From assembly GCA_029851245.1 (NCBI GenBank), contig CP099826.1, positions 27,688 through 59,687 of the forward strand: a stretch of DNA of 32,000 nt. The letters are read 5' to 3'. The notes under the pieces were generated by a model. The model saw only the letters and a program-made list of their open reading frames with translations. It did not search any database and was not told where the DNA came from. A program made the translations under genes and the position numbers. This DNA is from Candidatus Saccharimonadota bacterium. GTDB taxonomy: Bacteria > Bacteroidota > Bacteroidia > Flavobacteriales > Blattabacteriaceae. Positions 28,650 through 32,000 of the stretch are shown here, piece after piece (the stretch's first letter is position 1; every line of letters starts with the position of its first letter).

Positions 28650-31600
28650 TTAAATAATATTAAAATATATTTTTTTATTTTTAAATATAACAAAATATTT
28701 TTTAATATTTAAATTTTTATATATAATATTTTTAGATAATGTTTCATATAAAATATATTTTTTATATTTATTAATAATATTTATAAAATTATTAATATTT
28801 TTATTATATATAATAATATTAATATTATCATTAAATTTTTTATTTTTAATTTTTCTTAAAATTTGTATTTTTCTAATAAAATCTTTAATTAAACCTTCAT
28901 ATATTAATATTTTTGTTAATTTAGTATTTAAAATTATTGTAATATTATTTTTAGAATACATAATAATATTTTTATTAATATTTATATATTCTATAAATAA
29001 TTCATAAATATATATTTTATAAATTTTATTATTAATAAAAATATTAATAAATTTATTTTTTTCTAAATTATTAATTTTTTTTTGTGAAATATTATTAAAG
29101 TATTTTTCAATATTTTTAATATTATTTTTAAATTTTGGACCTAATAATTTATAATTTAATTTAATTTTTTTAATAATATATTTATTAATTTTTTTATAAT
29201 TAATAAATTTAATTTTTTTAATATTTACTTCTTTTTTTAATAAAATTAAAATTTTTTTATTTTTATAAAATTTTTTATTAATATTGTTTTTTAAAATATA
29301 TACTATATTTAAAGGTTGTCTAACTTTAATATTTTTAGTTTTTCTTAAATATAAAATAATTTTAGAATATTTTTTAATAAAATACATATTTTTTTCAATA
29401 TTATTATTAATTAATTTTTTTTTATATTTTGGAAAATCTTTAATAATTATACTAGTTTTTTTTTTATTAATTTTAATATATAAATATTCCATAAAAAAAG
29501 GAGATATAGGATATGAAATAATTAATATTTTATTTAAACATATATATAATGTTTTATATGCAGATATTTTATCATTATCAAATTTTTTTTTCCAAAATCT
29601 ATTTCTAGATAATCTAATATACCAATTACTTAAATATTTAATTACAAAATTATTTATTTTTCTAGTAATATAAGTAATATTATATTTTATATAATTATTA
29701 TATACATTAATTAATAAATTATTTAATTTTGATAAAATCCAATAATCTATATATTTATATTTATTCTTATAGATTTTATTAATATTGAAATTATCTAATT
29801 TAGAATAATTATAATAAAATTTATATATATTATATAAAGTATTAAAAAATTTATTTTTTATTTTTTTAATATTTTTAATATTAAATTTAATATTTTTCCA
29901 AGTATAATTATTATTAATTAAATACCATCTAATAATATCAGGACCATAATTTTTAATAATTTTAAATGGATTTATAGTATTTCCTTTACTTTTAGACATT
30001 TTTTTACCATTTTTATCTAAAATTATACCTAATGGTAAAATATTTTTATATGAAATTTTATTTGAAATAATACAAGAAATAGTATGTAATGTAAAAAACC
30101 AACCTCTTATTTGATCAATACCTTCAGTAATAAAATCCGAAGGGAATATTATATTATTATCAATTAATTTTTTTTTTTTTTTATTAAAAGGATAATGATA
30201 TTGCGCATATTGACTAACGCCTGAATCAAACCATACATCAATAACGTCTAATTCTTTATACATTTTTTTACCGTCTTTAGACGATAAAATAATATTATTT
30301 ATAATATTACTATGTAAATTAATTTTTTTATAATTTATTTTATTATTAAAAATATATTTTTTAAATGGATTTTTTTTTATAAATCCTAATTTAATAGATT
30401 TATTAATTTCTTTATTTAATTCTTTAATAGAACCAATAATTAAATATTTTTTTTCATTTTTAGTTTTCCATATAGGTAAAGGTGTTCCCCAAAATCTTGA
30501 TCTAGATATATTCCAATTTTTAATATTTTTTAACCAATAATAAAATTTATTTTTAATTAAATTACTTGAACACCAATTTATATTTTTACTTAAATTTATA
30601 ATTTTATTTTTTATTTTTTTTAAATTAATAAACCATGATTTAATAGGATAATAAATAATAGGTTTATTAGTTCTCCAACAATGTGGATATAAATGTTTGT
30701 ATTTTTTAATTTTAAAAATACATTTTTTTTTAATTAAATATTGAATTATTATTTTATCTACTGAATATTTATTATTTTTATTACAATATTTTATATTAAT
30801 ATATTTCCCTCCTAAACCTAATGGAGTATTTTTAATAAATTTTCCATTTTTATCAACAATAGGATATATTTTATTTTTATTATTTTTATATAATATTTCA
30901 GAAATATTATTAATTTTTGAAATTTCAAAATCTTCTTTTCCAAAAGTTGGAGAAATATGTATTATTCCAGTACCTATATTTTTTTTTATTATATTTAAAT
31001 TATCATTAATAATAATAAATATTTTTTTATTTTTATTAATTGGAGAAAACCAATTAATAATTTGATAATATTTTAAACCTATTAATAATTTACCTAATAT
31101 TTTTTTTAAAATTTTATATTTTTTATTTTTTAAAAATGATTTAACATAATATTTAGAAATTATACAATTTATAAATTTTTTATTATAAACATTATATATT
31201 TTTATTAAATAATAATAAAATTTTTTATTAATTAATAAAGCACTATTTGCAGGTAATGTCCAAGGTGTAGTAGTCCAAGCTAATAAATATACTTTTTTAT
31301 ATTTAAAAATTTTATTTTTTTTTAATTTGAAAAGTACGTATATTGATAAAGAATTAATATATTTATGAGTATAAGGTAAATTTAATTCTTGATAACTAAT
31401 AGGGGTACCTGCAATTGGTGAATAAGGTAATATATTATAGGATTTATATAATAAATTTTTATTATAAATTTTTTTAATAATCCACCATATAGTTTCTATA
31501 TATTTATTAGAACAAGTAATATAGTTATTTTTTTCATTTAAAAAATAACCTATTTTATTAGTAAATTTTTTCCATATTTTTAAATTTTTTTTAATAAATT

Positions 31601-31940
31601 TTAGACATTTATTATTAAAAAAATTAATTGATATTTTATTACCAATATCTTTTTTATTAATTTTTAATATTTTTTCAACTTCTATTTCTATTGGTAAACC
31701 ATGTGTATCCCAACCTAATTTATTAATTACTTTATAATTATTAATAGTATAAAATCTATAATAAATATCTTTAATAATTCTTGAAAATATATGATGTACT
31801 CCAGGTTTTCCATTTAATGAAGGTGGACCATCTAAGATAATATATTTTTTATTACTTTTTTTAGTAAAATTTAATATTTTTTTTTTTTTCCAAAATTTAA
31901 ATATAATTTTATATATTTTATAAAAATTTATATTTTTCAC
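28650..31940 (-). CDS. ileS: Isoleucine--tRNA ligase (long form)
   Basis: 1096 aa. LDGPPSLNGKPGVHHIFSRIIKD (HIGH-region variant), WDTHGLPIE, TTPWTLPAN, WNISRSRFWGTPLPIW, DVWFDSG, GIDQIRGWF and KMSKSKGN. The ORF-track start is a GTG (revcomp of cac at 31938-31940). There is no upstream in-frame ATG before the adjacent tRNA, and the N-terminal FKFW segment must be included. Confidence 0.92.
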   Translation of the reverse strand: MKNINFYKIYKIIFKFWKKKKILNFTKKSNKKYIILDGPPSLNGKPGVHHIFSRIIKDIYYRFYTINNYKVINKLGWDTHGLPIEIEVEKILKINKKDIGNKISINFFNNKCLKFIKKNLKIWKKFTNKIGYFLNEKNNYITCSNKYIETIWWIIKKIYNKNLLYKSYNILPYSPIAGTPISYQELNLPYTHKYINSLSIYVLFKLKKNKIFKYKKVYLLAWTTTPWTLPANSALLINKKFYYYLIKIYNVYNKKFINCIISKYYVKSFLKNKKYKILKKILGKLLIGLKYYQIINWFSPINKNKKIFIIINDNLNIIKKNIGTGIIHISPTFGKEDFEISKINNISEILYKNNKNKIYPIVDKNGKFIKNTPLGLGGKYINIKYCNKNNKYSVDKIIIQYLIKKKCIFKIKKYKHLYPHCWRTNKPIIYYPIKSWFINLKKIKNKIINLSKNINWCSSNLIKNKFYYWLKNIKNWNISRSRFWGTPLPIWKTKNEKKYLIIGSIKELNKEINKSIKLGFIKKNPFKKYIFNNKINYKKINLHSNIINNIILSSKDGKKMYKELDVIDVWFDSGVSQYAQYHYPFNKKKKKLIDNNIIFPSDFITEGIDQIRGWFFTLHTISCIISNKISYKNILPLGIILDKNGKKMSKSKGNTINPFKIIKNYGPDIIRWYLINNNYTWKNIKFNIKNIKKIKNKFFNTLYNIYKFYYNYSKLDNFNINKIYKNKYKYIDYWILSKLNNLLINVYNNYIKYNITYITRKINNFVIKYLSNWYIRLSRNRFWKKKFDNDKISAYKTLYICLNKILIISYPISPFFMEYLYIKINKKKTSIIIKDFPKYKKKLINNNIEKNMYFIKKYSKIILYLRKTKNIKVRQPLNIVYILKNNINKKFYKNKKILILLKKEVNIKKIKFINYKKINKYIIKKIKLNYKLLGPKFKNNIKNIEKYFNNISQKKINNLEKNKFINIFINNKIYKIYIYELFIEYININKNIIMYSKNNITIILNTKLTKILIYEGLIKDFIRKIQILRKIKNKKFNDNINIIIYNKNINNFINIINKYKKYILYETLSKNIIYKNLNIKKYFVIFKNKKIYFNII

Positions 31941-31954
31941 AATTTTAATAAAAT

Positions 31955-32000
31955 TAGCCCATAGGGGAATTGAACCCCTCTTTCCAGAATGAAAATCTGA
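31955..32000 (-). tRNA. tRNA-Glu (anticodon UUC), 3' portion only (5' part lies beyond the window end)
   Basis: The reverse complement reads ...TCAGA-TTTTCAT-TCTGG-AAAG-AGGGG-TTCAATT-CCCCT-ATGGGCT-A. The 5-bp anticodon stem has TTC at positions 34-36, and the short variable loop and T-arm resemble tRNA-Glu (compare E. coli ...GGGGUUCGAAUCCCCUAGGGGAC). Confidence 0.7.

Noticed and set aside
29284-29673. 129-aa ORF on the plus strand inside ileS
   Set aside because: It is antisense to a clearly homologous part of ileS. The F/L/I-rich composition is typical of shadow frames in AT-rich genes, and there is no independent evidence.
1-32000. Search for mobile elements, CRISPR arrays, toxin-antitoxin, restriction-modification or other defence or secretion systems, and rRNA or other large ncRNA genes
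   Set aside because: Every ORF longer than 60 aa except one is accounted for by a housekeeping gene. Gaps total about 1 kb, and the largest is 142 nt. No inverted terminal repeats, transposase or integrase motifs, or repeat-spacer arrays were seen.

Overview
This 32 kb window is extremely AT-rich and almost entirely genic. Summing the gaps between the coordinates below leaves only about 1.0 kb outside called features. I count 33 protein genes, 4 tRNA genes (one cut by the window end) and one microsatellite.

The content is core information processing:
- The tail of the ribosomal-protein/alpha operon: infA-rpmJ-rpsM-rpsK-rpsD-rpoA-rplQ.
- Five aminoacyl-tRNA synthetases: valS, lysS, pheS, ileS and so on.
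- Translation-termination and recycling genes: prfA, prfB, prmC, pth.
- Chaperones: grpE and dnaJ.
- Other housekeeping genes: ligA, rho, trxB, rpsA, rpsF-rpsR-rplI and hflX.

Neighbouring genes often touch or overlap, and convergent pairs overlap too. Proteins are heavily biased toward K/N/I/Y, and the tRNA genes stand out as the only GC-rich islands.

Several signatures point to a tiny-genome insect endosymbiont of the Bacteroidota (Flavobacteriales type):
- rpsF-rpsR-rplI has no priB.
- L32 starts MAHPK.
- L36 ends NPRYKQKQG.
- IleS is long and has a GPPSxNGxPGxHH-type motif.
- grpE-dnaJ has no adjacent dnaK.

The genetic code looks standard: RF1 and RF2 both appear intact, and no in-frame TGA is needed.

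I see no mobile elements, CRISPR, defence, toxin or secretion loci, so I cannot support an exciting new multi-gene system here. The one poorly explained element is an 820-codon ORF (22494..24956, minus strand). By eye it has the motif order of an SF1 UvrD/RecB/AddA-type helicase, but the catalytic residues are replaced. The remaining findings are reductive-evolution oddities:
- DnaJ has only one zinc centre.
- prfB has no frameshift site.
- LigA lacks a BRCT domain.
- Essential genes contain very long poly(A) runs.
- Two elongator-type CAU tRNAs lie close together.
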